DNA from: Bacteroidota bacterium
Lineage (GTDB): Bacteria > Bacteroidota > Bacteroidia > Chitinophagales > BACL12
Reading direction: 5' to 3'
Length of the DNA stretch: 64,000 bases
Assembly: GCA_016706255.1 (NCBI GenBank)
Contig: JADJJZ010000003.1
Coordinates: 417,914-481,913, forward strand
The notes under the pieces were generated by a model, which had not been told where the DNA came from, searched no databases, and saw only the letters and a list, made by a program, of their open reading frames with translations. Made by a program: the position numbers and the translations under genes. Shown piece by piece: positions 38,295-48,207 of this stretch; position 1 is the stretch's first letter, and each line of letters begins with the position of its first letter.

Positions 38295-39343
38295 TTTGCG
38301 TGCGCGGTTATTAAAATGTCCTCGATTTTTTCCCAGGTATATGTTTCAATCAAATCTGGAGAAAATGAAAATGTATTCTTTTTAGCACTAAGTTCGGCAA
38401 GTAATTCGATGGGATTGAATGTATTGTAATTATCGATAACTACACCGATTTTATTTTCTTTTACAAAAGTTGATATTTTTATTTCTGCATTTGCAATTAC
38501 CGGTGTGTGTGTTTGAATGGCATCATATATTTTGTTTGGACTTGCATTAATATTGTTCTCGTTGTTGGAGGCGTAAACACATAAAATGTAATCAGCCTCA
38601 GTTGCTGCAATACTTAAAGCCTGTTCTTGAGTCATAATTCCTCTGTAATCTACCTGAGGATGTTTAATTAATTCCCTTGATTGTTCATCGGCAAACCAGC
38701 CTGCCATAATAATTTTAACATTATTATCAACGGCTAATAACTGGTTTACTAAATCTGTTCCCCTGTTTTTACCCAACCATCCATTGTAAAGCAGTGTGAG
38801 TGAAGATGATGCGGAGTTAACCCTGATTGGACCGGTGTAATGATATGGGAAATTTTCAAGGACCCGTATTTTATCTTGGGTAAAATCGGGCATCAACGTT
38901 TTTCGGTTATTGTCTGTAACTAGAATTACATCTACCGGCGCATATATTATTTTTTTTATCAGTAACCATTTATTCCTGCTTTTATTTTTCATGAGGAATA
39001 TTGAGTCGAAAATATCCAACACAACATGTTTTCCAAACATGAAGGGATAAAAAAAGATCATCAATTGTTCATTGATAACATGTATGCTGTCATAACCCTT
39101 AAAAGCTAATTTAGTTACCAGCCATAACTGCTTTAAAATTGTAAGTGGCCTGTTTCGCTTACCGGATATAAGATAAAAATATTTACAGTAATTCCGGGCA
39201 TAACTTTCCTTATTGGATAATCCAACTCCTATAAAAGTTACCTCATATTGCTGCGACAAGGTTTTAAGTTCCTTGTTGATACGCATATCAGAACCATCAT
39301 TGGAGCTGATAAATAATACGCGGCGTTTAGCTGATTTATTCAA
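38291..39343 (-). CDS. Putative GT-B glycosyltransferase (family unclear)
   Basis: Rossmann-like N-terminus (VLFISSNDGSD) and C-terminal nucleotide-sugar-like half. Position in the operon supports the call. No strong motif recognised. Confidence 0.4.
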   Translation of the reverse strand: MNKSAKRRVLFISSNDGSDMRINKELKTLSQQYEVTFIGVGLSNKESYARNYCKYFYLISGKRNRPLTILKQLWLVTKLAFKGYDSIHVINEQLMIFFYPFMFGKHVVLDIFDSIFLMKNKSRNKWLLIKKIIYAPVDVILVTDNNRKTLMPDFTQDKIRVLENFPYHYTGPIRVNSASSSLTLLYNGWLGKNRGTDLVNQLLAVDNNVKIIMAGWFADEQSRELIKHPQVDYRGIMTQEQALSIAATEADYILCVYASNNENNINASPNKIYDAIQTHTPVIANAEIKISTFVKENKIGVVIDNYNTFNPIELLAELSAKKNTFSFSPDLIETYTWEKIEDILITAHAK

Positions 39344-39345
39344 TG

Positions 39346-40584
39346 TTAATTAACCTGCTTTACCTGAGTTTTCGGAGCAAACAATTTATAATGGATAAGA
39401 ATATTATACAAACCTGCTACTAATAATACATAAGCGCCAAATAAATAGGCCTGTATTGGTGGGTAGTATAAACAAAACGAGCCCGCATACAAAGCAATAC
39501 TTATTAATATGAGATATTGTTTTGAGGTTATTAATAAAATAAAGAAAATAAAACCTGTAAAAGCCAGTAGCATATTTAACCACACAATATTTAAAGTAAC
39601 ATACCCCGGCGAAAAACTTTGGAAGCTGTTGAGTATGGCATTTCTAATAAAAAGCCATGGGTTTTCATTGGCAATTTCAACTACGGCATCCTTCGTGATT
39701 GTTTGATAGGCATTAATAACTTCAGGGTCATAATAATTATACCCAATGCGCGCCTCTAATTCTACTCCTGTTACTTTTTCATAAAGGGCATAACCTTCTT
39801 CATCAGAAAGTGTTTTTACGTGTTGGTTCGGGTAAGCAGCAATGCCAACATAAATGGTATGCCAGATGTTCTTTTCTGTTGGTTTGTTAATGGTGATAAA
39901 ACCTATTGCAAATAAAGTAGTAAGGGCAACAGCATGTTTAATAGGAATATATTTAAATAACAAACCCAAAGTCAGCAAGCTGATGAATAGAATGGTAATT
40001 CTGGAAAGCGTAGCAAAAATTAATATTATCCCTAGAAGGTATACGAGTTTTACATTTTTAACGGACGCATTCAGCAGGTAAACTATTAAAAAACCGGGTA
40101 TGCATTGCCAGAAATAGTAGTAATCTAATACAACGAACTTAATAATTATTGGATTAATAACATATAATAAAATAAATAGTATCCGAAATTGTTTTGTCTT
40201 TATCGTGTTCAATAATAAAAAACATAATAGTAAATGTGTGATAACTTGTAATAATATCAGTGCATTAATATCTCCGGCAAATGGAAAAACAAAAGTTGCA
40301 AACCGAATAATATAAGCAAACCCTACAGGGTTGTGATTGTAATGTTCAAGATTTGAAGATTTATTGAAATGATATTTATATTGATCGAAGATTGGAAGCG
40401 TTTTAAATTTAATGACTTCTTCTTCATCAATCATAAAATCACCACCGGCACGCAAATTGGCTGCAGCTGAAAAATAAGGGCCGGTCCAGTTGTTGTTTTC
40501 TAACGTGGATGCAGTATACCTTACAATAAAGTATCCCTCAATTGCTACCAATAATATTAATAAACAATAATGCCAGATTCTCAT
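39346..40584 (-). CDS. Polytopic (~11 TM) membrane protein of unknown function; possible second polymerase or GT-C-like enzyme
   Basis: Hydrophobicity pattern only, with a soluble loop of ~90 aa (KNIWHTIYV...IANENPW). Confidence 0.35.
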   Translation of the reverse strand: MRIWHYCLLILLVAIEGYFIVRYTASTLENNNWTGPYFSAAANLRAGGDFMIDEEEVIKFKTLPIFDQYKYHFNKSSNLEHYNHNPVGFAYIIRFATFVFPFAGDINALILLQVITHLLLCFLLLNTIKTKQFRILFILLYVINPIIIKFVVLDYYYFWQCIPGFLIVYLLNASVKNVKLVYLLGIILIFATLSRITILFISLLTLGLLFKYIPIKHAVALTTLFAIGFITINKPTEKNIWHTIYVGIAAYPNQHVKTLSDEEGYALYEKVTGVELEARIGYNYYDPEVINAYQTITKDAVVEIANENPWLFIRNAILNSFQSFSPGYVTLNIVWLNMLLAFTGFIFFILLITSKQYLILISIALYAGSFCLYYPPIQAYLFGAYVLLVAGLYNILIHYKLFAPKTQVKQVN

Positions 40585-41513
40585 TTCAACAAACTTTCAT
40601 AGTCTAATAATTCCCTTAATCCAATTTCTATATCATACATGCACTTGAACCCTCCGGTTGCAGCCAGTTTATTTGTGGCGCCTTTTTGAAATAATTTGTC
40701 CTGAGCTCTATATTTAAGCGGATTTGTATTAATGATTATGTTTCGGTTAGTGATTGTTCCAATGAATTCTATTATATCTTTCATAGCATAATCAACGCCG
40801 GAACATAAATTAATTGTTTCTATAGTATTGCCCTTGGTTCTATTGCTTATTGCAATAATTCCTGCAGCAGCATCTTTTACATAAATAAAATCGCGACGTG
40901 GTTCAATATTACCTAAGTCTAAAATATCGCCCTGTTTTAGCTGATTTATTATTTCCGGAATAATATGTGGATTAGTCTCCCTGGGTCCATAAACATTAAA
41001 CAAACGAATCACATGATAGCGGGTAACAGGATTGCGTATCGCATATAATTTGCATAAATTTTCAACTGCCAGTTTCGAGTGGCTGTAAGCATCAAATATT
41101 TTTATTTCAGATGTATCTTCTTCTAACCCTAAATCACTATCCGCATAAATTGAACCACTAGATAAAACAGTGCAATTTGAGATGTTATTAATGCTGCAAC
41201 TTTCTAAAACATGTATCGTACCTGTTACATTTACCGACTGTGTCTTTAATGGAAATTGATTGCATTGCGGTATAAAATGCATAGCAGCCAAATGTATAAC
41301 AGAATCCGGCATTTCTTTACTGATGCAGTTCTGCACTTCGTCAAAAACTGTAATATCTGATTTGTATAATTTAATTTTATCAAGGATGTCCCCAATGTCA
41401 GGAGCCATTCCTGTGCAATTGTCTAACACTACAACTTCATTATCCGCAGCTAGTAATTGTCTGACAAGTTCATTGCCCACAAAACCTAATCCACCTGTTA
41501 CAAGGTATTTCAT
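40581..41513 (-). CDS. NAD-dependent sugar-nucleotide epimerase/dehydratase (extended SDR)
   Basis: VTGGLGFVGNEL Rossmann fold and the YSHSK catalytic Y-x3-K. Confidence 0.85.
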   Translation of the reverse strand: MKYLVTGGLGFVGNELVRQLLAADNEVVVLDNCTGMAPDIGDILDKIKLYKSDITVFDEVQNCISKEMPDSVIHLAAMHFIPQCNQFPLKTQSVNVTGTIHVLESCSINNISNCTVLSSGSIYADSDLGLEEDTSEIKIFDAYSHSKLAVENLCKLYAIRNPVTRYHVIRLFNVYGPRETNPHIIPEIINQLKQGDILDLGNIEPRRDFIYVKDAAAGIIAISNRTKGNTIETINLCSGVDYAMKDIIEFIGTITNRNIIINTNPLKYRAQDKLFQKGATNKLAATGGFKCMYDIEIGLRELLDYESLLK

Positions 41514-42574
41514 AAAATAAGATGTTGATAATACTGTAATAATAATTTCCCTACAGTTTCAGGACTGTTATCTTTCACTGTTGAATCAACAGTCAGGTTA
41601 TTGTGTTTATGTAGAAGTGCATTTTGCATACTATTTAATAAACTCGATATATTTCCCGATTCAAATGGGTAATAGGGCAAATTTTCACAACTTTCAGCAA
41701 TTACAGGATGATTATTTGCAATCACAGGAATATTAAAATCTTTAGCCATAACCAGTGAACCCGGATTAAGGGGAACATCTAAATAATTCAATATTAAACA
41801 ATCTGCAGCATTCATAAACTGTTGTATCTCATTATTGGGAATAAAACTATTGTTTAATATTATACTACCATCTAATAATTCACCTGCCTCTAATTGTAAT
41901 TTATTGAAATAGTCAGACGATATACTTTTACCGGCAATAATTAATTTGCAGTTTTGATTTTGTAATAATTTGAAGGCTGCGATAGCTTGCTCTATTCCTT
42001 TATACGGTTGTAAGCGACCTAAAACCAAAAAAACAAATGAACCGGATACGCCCATCTTTTCTTTTGCTTCCAATTTGGTAATTTGATTCGGGTATATTGA
42101 TTTGTAACTGATATGAGGAATTATGACAGTTTTTTTGTTTTGAATTTGATAATAACTTTCAAATATTTCTTTTGCTGCATCACTCATAAACACAATGCCA
42201 CGGCAGCGTTTTAGTATCTTCCCAATCCATTTTAATTCTGTTGCTTGCGACATGCCAATAGGATTGTGGGCACTTATATTTTCAGCAGAATATACAGTAG
42301 GATACTTTTTAAGTATGTTTAATGTTAGCAATAAACTGATTTGTTTTACAACCCTTGTAAAAATATTTTTCCCCATATATAAATCATGAGGCCAAAATAC
42401 ATGAATGATGTCCGGTTGTGCAGGTTTAAGTGTAAGTAACGGAAAAAATTTTATACCAGGAACTTTTATTACTTCCACGCCATTATTTTCTAAACCCTGT
42501 ATAATTAGATTCTGATATGGGTTTGCCTGGGTAAGGCCATAAGGGAAAAAAGCAACTTTTATTTTAGCTTGCAT
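41510..42574 (-). CDS. GT-B glycosyltransferase (GT1/GT4-like)
   Basis: Two-Rossmann layout, with the C-terminal half showing VLGRLQPYKGIE...PGSLVMA. Confidence 0.6.
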   Translation of the reverse strand: MQAKIKVAFFPYGLTQANPYQNLIIQGLENNGVEVIKVPGIKFFPLLTLKPAQPDIIHVFWPHDLYMGKNIFTRVVKQISLLLTLNILKKYPTVYSAENISAHNPIGMSQATELKWIGKILKRCRGIVFMSDAAKEIFESYYQIQNKKTVIIPHISYKSIYPNQITKLEAKEKMGVSGSFVFLVLGRLQPYKGIEQAIAAFKLLQNQNCKLIIAGKSISSDYFNKLQLEAGELLDGSIILNNSFIPNNEIQQFMNAADCLILNYLDVPLNPGSLVMAKDFNIPVIANNHPVIAESCENLPYYPFESGNISSLLNSMQNALLHKHNNLTVDSTVKDNSPETVGKLLLQYYQHLIL

Positions 42575-43117
42575 TTATTGAAATAAAGGCCTGTGCTTTT
42601 TAGTATATAATAATTTACTTTCCCTAACCCCTATTGGTTTAGCCGGCATGCCGCCAACTATTACCATCGGCTCAATCGATTTAGTTACTACAGCACCTGC
42701 GGCAACTACAGCGCCTCTGCTTATTTTAATTCCGGGCAATATGGTAACTCTGGTACTAATCCAAACAAAATCCTCAATTATAACCTCGCCACCGCTGTCT
42801 TTATGATAATCATCATGAACATCATGTTCCAATGTCCAGATATTTGTTTCCTGCGCTATATCAACGTTATTGCCAATAGTTAATTTGGCATTTCTGCCAT
42901 CTAATAGCACACGTTGATTGAATACATTATTATCGCCAATAAAAATATTACGCGGATTTCTAAATGTGACACCCATTAAAAAGGAATTGTTTTTACCAAT
43001 ACTGCCAAATAGTGGTTTGAAAAACAACAACCTGATATGGTGCGAAGGTATGTTTGTTATGCACCTGTTAATTATATACAGGTAAAATGAATAAATGAAA
43101 TAATTTATCTTTTTCAT
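42575..43117 (-). CDS. Left-handed beta-helix (hexapeptide-repeat) acyl/acetyltransferase
   Basis: Hexapeptide repeats (IGDNNVFNQRVLLDG, IGNNVDIAQ, VWISTRVTILPGIKISRGAVVAAGAVV). Confidence 0.8.
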   Translation of the reverse strand: MKKINYFIYSFYLYIINRCITNIPSHHIRLLFFKPLFGSIGKNNSFLMGVTFRNPRNIFIGDNNVFNQRVLLDGRNAKLTIGNNVDIAQETNIWTLEHDVHDDYHKDSGGEVIIEDFVWISTRVTILPGIKISRGAVVAAGAVVTKSIEPMVIVGGMPAKPIGVRESKLLYTKKHRPLFQ

Positions 43118-44384
43118 ACCTGCATAGTTAAAACCGCTGCTAATGCGTCAAACGATTGAACTGTAAATCGTGCAGCGGTTTTTTTATTGAAATCTAAATA
43201 TTTGTCAGATTGAATATCCTTCAATGTTGCGATTAACTGGGATTCTGATGTTATCACATTCAATGGGTTATCAGTTATCAAATACTTTTCATTTTGATAC
43301 TGATGAATAAAATGATATAAACTAATTGCCGCATTGTTATAAGTTGTGATATCCAATATAAAAGAGGGTGTATTTGTAAAGCATGCTTCTAATCCCAGCG
43401 TTGTGCCAAGATGAAAAAAGCTACAGCATTATTTATGGATGTGAATTTTGAAATAATGTCTTCGTCTTTTATGGATAAATCGGTTTGTTTGTAACTGTTG
43501 TCTAAAACCACATTACTTTTCTTTAATAATGAATCATACATAGCCCAGTTACTAAAATTCGGATAAGGTCGAACATACAATTTATAATCAGGGTAAACTT
43601 GTGCTATACAATCAGCAAGTTTACCAATTATAATTACTTCTTGTTCAACTAATTCCGGTATACCAATTCCACAACCAAAATAAAAGTAAGGATTTTGATT
43701 TTGGTTAGATGTTGTGCTACGAAGAAATTGCTCAATGTAACCCAATTGTGTAGAACCGAAAATGGTAATGTGCTCAGCAGGAACACCTTGTAACTCCATC
43801 ACATCATTTGCAATATCTTGATTCCATACCAAATATTGCACACGTTTTGAAAATCGCACATGCTTGCACGCGTGATCCCAGCTATAAACATAAACCTGGG
43901 TTGGTATTTGCTCCCTAACTAATCGGGCAAATAGATAGTCGTCGTATATTTCAGTAAAGGCAATCATTTTATCTACCCCGCTTAAATCTGTTTTGCCTTT
44001 ATAGTCTATCGTATTCAAGTAAAAATCGTATGAAATAAAATGTGGTGCTGCCTGCTGATATTTTAATAATTGCTCAGCCTTTTTCCTTTGATTAATATCT
44101 TTTAGTCCAACACCTTTGTATGCCTCCATCAGGTAATAATTTTTCACCGATTTAGGTAGGCGCTTAAACAATAAATATAATCGCGTATAAAAAATATTTT
44201 TTTTTGTGGTTAGATGTTCATCTATAATTCTGCATTCCATACCGGGAATCATGAACTTTTGTATTAACTGTTCATGTTCTTTTCTTATAAAAACAACCAC
44301 TTTGTGATTTATGCATATGCTTTTGATTAATGCACGAACATCATTTCTGAAATCAAAAAAAGTAAGCATTAACCCAATTGTCAT
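43114..44384 (-). pseudogene. GT-B-like transferase (family unknown) split by a frameshift in an A6/T6 homopolymer at 43414-43419
   Basis: ORF 43389-44384 stops 8 codons after the T-run. The frame of ORF 43114-43356 is open back to 43428 and reads ...FFHLGTTLGLEACFTNTPSFILDITTYNN, a typical GT-B C-terminal motif. One extra T would fuse the two. Confidence 0.55.
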
Positions 44385-45913
44385 GTAACGATGTCGCTTG
44401 CTGGTTTGTGTTGCACCGAACTAAACTGACCAAAAATATTTTCGGTCTTAATAATTTTATAGAATATAAAACTTAACAGCCCTAAAAAGCCTACAAATAG
44501 GATTGCCTGCAACGTGAGATTATGTGCATAATTTGCTACGAGGTAATTTATCCCAAAGGCAATTGCAATTAAGCAAACTACCAACAATAGGAACCCCTTG
44601 TTGATTTTGGTGAATTTAACCGGATATTCAAATTTCTTATAAAATAAGGTATATGAAAAAATAAACTCACAAATAATTTGAACCAAAGTGCCGATGATAA
44701 CTCCCTGAAAACCTAGCAGTTTTGAAAGTGTTATACTTAGTATTACATTAATAAGAACAGAAATCAACGAAAACTTTACAATAATACGTATATAATTACT
44801 GTGTAAAAGAGTTCGATAAAATGGTGTATATAACATTGAAATGCATAAACCTGCCAAACTTAAAATGCCCCATTTGATATAGATATTGTAGATGTCTGTT
44901 CCCAGCCAAAGTGTTAATACCTGATTATAAAAAATTGCAGTTAGTAATGTTATGCTTAGCATAAATAGGAATGCAGTTCTAATTACCTTTCCAGTGAAAT
45001 TAAAATATGCGGTTTTGTCTTTTTCCAGATTTAAACGGGTAAGCATTGGCTGTATTACCGGGAATGAGATTGATGTGACTCCTCTCAATACAAAATAAGG
45101 TTTTGTGATAATCGTATAAATAGTAACTGAGGCAACATCTAAAACACTGGCAATTATAAAACGATCGGCTTGAACAGCCATAAAACTTATTAGCGACAAT
45201 AAAAAAACCTGCATAGAATATCCAGAATACGGTGTAGAAAAAATGGACTTTCCGCTTAGCAATTTTATGGATAATCCTTTTAATAACTTTTTAATTGAAA
45301 CCAGATATAAGTCACAAAGTAAAGTAAGTAAGGTGGTTAGTGTTGTAAGTGCGGCAAAAATATTTAAAGTGATGAGGTTAGTAAATTGAATACCTAAAAC
45401 AATTAACAGGTTTAAACCAATAATGGCTAATTGATATTTATTGCGGATTAGAAAATGTTTATTGGCAGTTAAAATATTTTGTGGCACAGCATCAAGTGTA
45501 ATCAAAAAAGAATTTATGGCAGCTAAACTGAACAATAGCAATGATGATTTTGCTGTTTCACTTGATATGTTAAATAATGTATCACTAAAAAATCCAATCG
45601 CCAACATAAAAATGGCAATTACAAAGGCAGCGTAAAAATTAAACGAGATTCCTGCACTGATGGCTTCCTGGTATTTGCCTGAATTTTGATCGGCATTATA
45701 TTCTATAGTATATCTGAAAATAGATTTTGAGGAACCGAAGTCAAAAGCAGCCATTGCTGAGGATAAACCAAAACATATAATATACAACCCATATTGTTCG
45801 GCACCGTAAGCATGCAAACATACCGGAAGCGCATATATTCCTAAAAGGATACGAACAGCAAAAATGAAATAGTTGCTGCTGATATTTTCAATAAATTTTT
45901 TGGACTCGCTCAT
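44381..45913 (-). CDS. wzx: MOP-superfamily oligosaccharide flippase (Wzx)
   Basis: 510 aa with ~14 TMs, an N-terminal amphipathic segment and an operon context typical of Wzx. Confidence 0.75.
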   Translation of the reverse strand: MSESKKFIENISSNYFIFAVRILLGIYALPVCLHAYGAEQYGLYIICFGLSSAMAAFDFGSSKSIFRYTIEYNADQNSGKYQEAISAGISFNFYAAFVIAIFMLAIGFFSDTLFNISSETAKSSLLLFSLAAINSFLITLDAVPQNILTANKHFLIRNKYQLAIIGLNLLIVLGIQFTNLITLNIFAALTTLTTLLTLLCDLYLVSIKKLLKGLSIKLLSGKSIFSTPYSGYSMQVFLLSLISFMAVQADRFIIASVLDVASVTIYTIITKPYFVLRGVTSISFPVIQPMLTRLNLEKDKTAYFNFTGKVIRTAFLFMLSITLLTAIFYNQVLTLWLGTDIYNIYIKWGILSLAGLCISMLYTPFYRTLLHSNYIRIIVKFSLISVLINVILSITLSKLLGFQGVIIGTLVQIICEFIFSYTLFYKKFEYPVKFTKINKGFLLLVVCLIAIAFGINYLVANYAHNLTLQAILFVGFLGLLSFIFYKIIKTENIFGQFSSVQHKPASDIVT

Positions 45914-45947
45914 ATCAAATTGCCTTCAAAGCAATTCCGTGCAACGA

Positions 45948-46424
45948 TTATTCAGATAGAAGATAATCGTCTACAAATTCTCTTATAGCTCCTTCGCCAC
46001 CATTTTTTTGTAAATGGATAATTCCTGGAATCGCTTTAACGTGTTTTGTTGAATTGGCAGGACAAGCAGCAATGCCTACAGCCATCAACAAGTCAATACA
46101 ATTAATATCGTCACCAATATAGGCGACATCTTTAATAGAAATATTTTCTTTTACACATATTTCTAAAGCGGCTGCTAGTTTACCTTTAAAGCCCGCCCCC
46201 TGATATACATAATCAACTTTTAATTTTGCAGCCCTGCGTTCAACTATTTTTGTATGCTCAGTGGTTATAATTCCTGTTTTAATGTTGGCCTCCCTTAATA
46301 AATTAAAAGCCATGCCATCATGGGTATTGAATTTTTTAAATTCATCGCCATTTTCAGTATAATACATTCCGGCGTCAGTCATTACACCGTCAACATCAGT
46401 CAAAAATAATTTTATTTTATGCAT
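45948..46424 (-). CDS. HAD-IIIA C0-type phosphatase, KdsC / KDN-9-P / Neu5Ac-9-P phosphatase family
   Basis: LFLTDVDGVMTD is HAD motif I. GIITTE and YIGDDINC are motifs II and IV. Length 158 aa. Confidence 0.8.
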   Translation of the reverse strand: MHKIKLFLTDVDGVMTDAGMYYTENGDEFKKFNTHDGMAFNLLREANIKTGIITTEHTKIVERRAAKLKVDYVYQGAGFKGKLAAALEICVKENISIKDVAYIGDDINCIDLLMAVGIAACPANSTKHVKAIPGIIHLQKNGGEGAIREFVDDYLLSE

Positions 46425-46429
46425 AAAAA

Positions 46430-47401
46430 TTATTGTGGATAGGGAGCATTAAATAAATTGTAGTAATAATTTATGGTTGCACATTCATCAGTATTGGTGA
46501 TATTCTCCCAATATTTAATGTAACGTTTTGAATTGCGTTTGTAACTATGTCGTGTTATTGGACGTTGATCGTTTGATGTAATTGATTCAAGGTGCGATTG
46601 AGTGACATAATTTTTAGAAAATTGCAATTCTTGAGAAAGTGCAGCCACTTCTTGTGGTGGATTACTCATCAATGTTTCAAAATGAACAATTTTGTAATTC
46701 TTACGATTTGCAGATTGCACATTTAAAAAGTAATGCAGCAAAGCAGTTTGCAGTGCCATCCTTTCTAAAGGCGACATCTGTGCAATTTTGTTTATAGTGA
46801 TATTGTCGCGATGAATATCATATCGTTTAAAATAAGGATGGGTATAAATGATATTAAGTCGCTGAATAGGGTCCCATTTTAATTTATTTAAACTGGTAAC
46901 TATACTCAATGGATTTCGCATCAGGATAATTCCCAAATGATCCCCGAGCAACGGTGCTGCATCTTCCAGGCAAAACGACAAACCCGGATCCTTAATGATT
47001 ATTCTGCGTTTTCTTAATGGTAACGATTTGTGTAACGCCAGCTTCGTAAGGTATGGATACCAACGTCCACTTTTTCTGTAATGTGACCAGTTTTTAACCG
47101 CTACTATTTCTTTATATATTGAACTGATTTGTGCTGAATTAAAAGGCTGATTGCTGTTTATTTTTGCAAGTTCAGAATTCCAAAGTATTGTATTTCTTAA
47201 AAACGGTTCGTGATATAAAAATACTTTGTTGGAATTGAATATTTCTTCAACTGTGGTAGTTGCAGATCGTGGTGCTCCCGTAATAATAACCGGTAAACCA
47301 TTTTCTACCGGGCTGACAGACTTAAATGCATAATCGATTAAATCATCCAATACACACGTTAAGCGTTGTGGTATTTTGTCTATTCTTACCATGCTGTCCA
47401 C
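46430..47401 (-). CDS. Sulfotransferase-fold protein (putative PAPS-dependent)
   Basis: VIITGAPRSATTT is 5'-PSB-like and ILMRNPLSIVTS is 3'-PB-like. It is embedded between the SDR and HAD genes. Confidence 0.45.
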   Translation of the reverse strand: MDSMVRIDKIPQRLTCVLDDLIDYAFKSVSPVENGLPVIITGAPRSATTTVEEIFNSNKVFLYHEPFLRNTILWNSELAKINSNQPFNSAQISSIYKEIVAVKNWSHYRKSGRWYPYLTKLALHKSLPLRKRRIIIKDPGLSFCLEDAAPLLGDHLGIILMRNPLSIVTSLNKLKWDPIQRLNIIYTHPYFKRYDIHRDNITINKIAQMSPLERMALQTALLHYFLNVQSANRKNYKIVHFETLMSNPPQEVAALSQELQFSKNYVTQSHLESITSNDQRPITRHSYKRNSKRYIKYWENITNTDECATINYYYNLFNAPYPQ

Positions 47402-48207
47402 CCTCCGTCAACTGTCAATACACTTCCTGTCATATAACTTGAAGCATCCGATACTAAAAATGTAAATGGTCCTGTTACTTCCGATTTATCAGACATTCTA
47501 CCCATCGGACTTAATTCAGCAAAGTTTTTAAGAAATGCTTCATCATGATTATTAAATATGCCATGCGGTGCTATTGCATTGCACCGAATTTTATTTTTGG
47601 CATAAAAAGTTGCGATATATCGGGTTAAATTCGGAATTACTGATTTAGTTATAACATAATCAACTGGCTTAAATTGCTGATTGCCATCTCCAAAATCATA
47701 TAAACCCTGATTAGGGGCAACTAATGAATAGGTTGAAGCTACATTTATAATATTGCCATAACCTTGTTTCAACATTTGTTTAATTGCTAATTGCGTTATC
47801 AGAACTAAACCTTTAACATTTACATCAAATGATTTTTGTAATAAGTCTAGCGGAAAGTTTTCAAACCTTGTTGAATTATTTTCCGCATTCGCGCTTTTAT
47901 CAAATTTTGCATCAATGGCTGCATTATTTATCAGCACATCAATACGTTTAAATTTTTTAATAGCATTTTGTATACAGGCGTTGCACGACTTCTCCTTTGT
48001 AATATCAGTTATGCAAACCAACGTGTTTTTAGAATAGCCTAATGCTTTTAATTCTGCTTCAGCTTTTAAGGCTAACCGTTTATTGCTATCTGCCAACACA
48101 ACTTTAGCACCTTGCATAGCAAAACTTTTAACCAATGTCATGCCAATCAATCCAAAAGCACCGGTTAACAAAATCACTTTGTTTTCAATTGTAACAATTT
48201 CATTCAT
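47386..48207 (-). CDS. Classical SDR family oxidoreductase
   Basis: LTGAFGLIG, NNAA and the Y-x3-K context (YVITK). Confidence 0.8.
   Translation of the reverse strand: MNEIVTIENKVILLTGAFGLIGMTLVKSFAMQGAKVVLADSNKRLALKAEAELKALGYSKNTLVCITDITKEKSCNACIQNAIKKFKRIDVLINNAAIDAKFDKSANAENNSTRFENFPLDLLQKSFDVNVKGLVLITQLAIKQMLKQGYGNIINVASTYSLVAPNQGLYDFGDGNQQFKPVDYVITKSVIPNLTRYIATFYAKNKIRCNAIAPHGIFNNHDEAFLKNFAELSPMGRMSDKSEVTGPFTFLVSDASSYMTGSVLTVDGGWTAW

Noticed and set aside
43114-43356. A stand-alone 80-aa protein, considered as an ACP-like or small accessory protein.
   Set aside because: It has no Ser-phosphopantetheine motif. Its frame continues upstream through the preceding gene's end and encodes a GT-B motif, so it is better explained as the C-terminus of a frameshifted gene.
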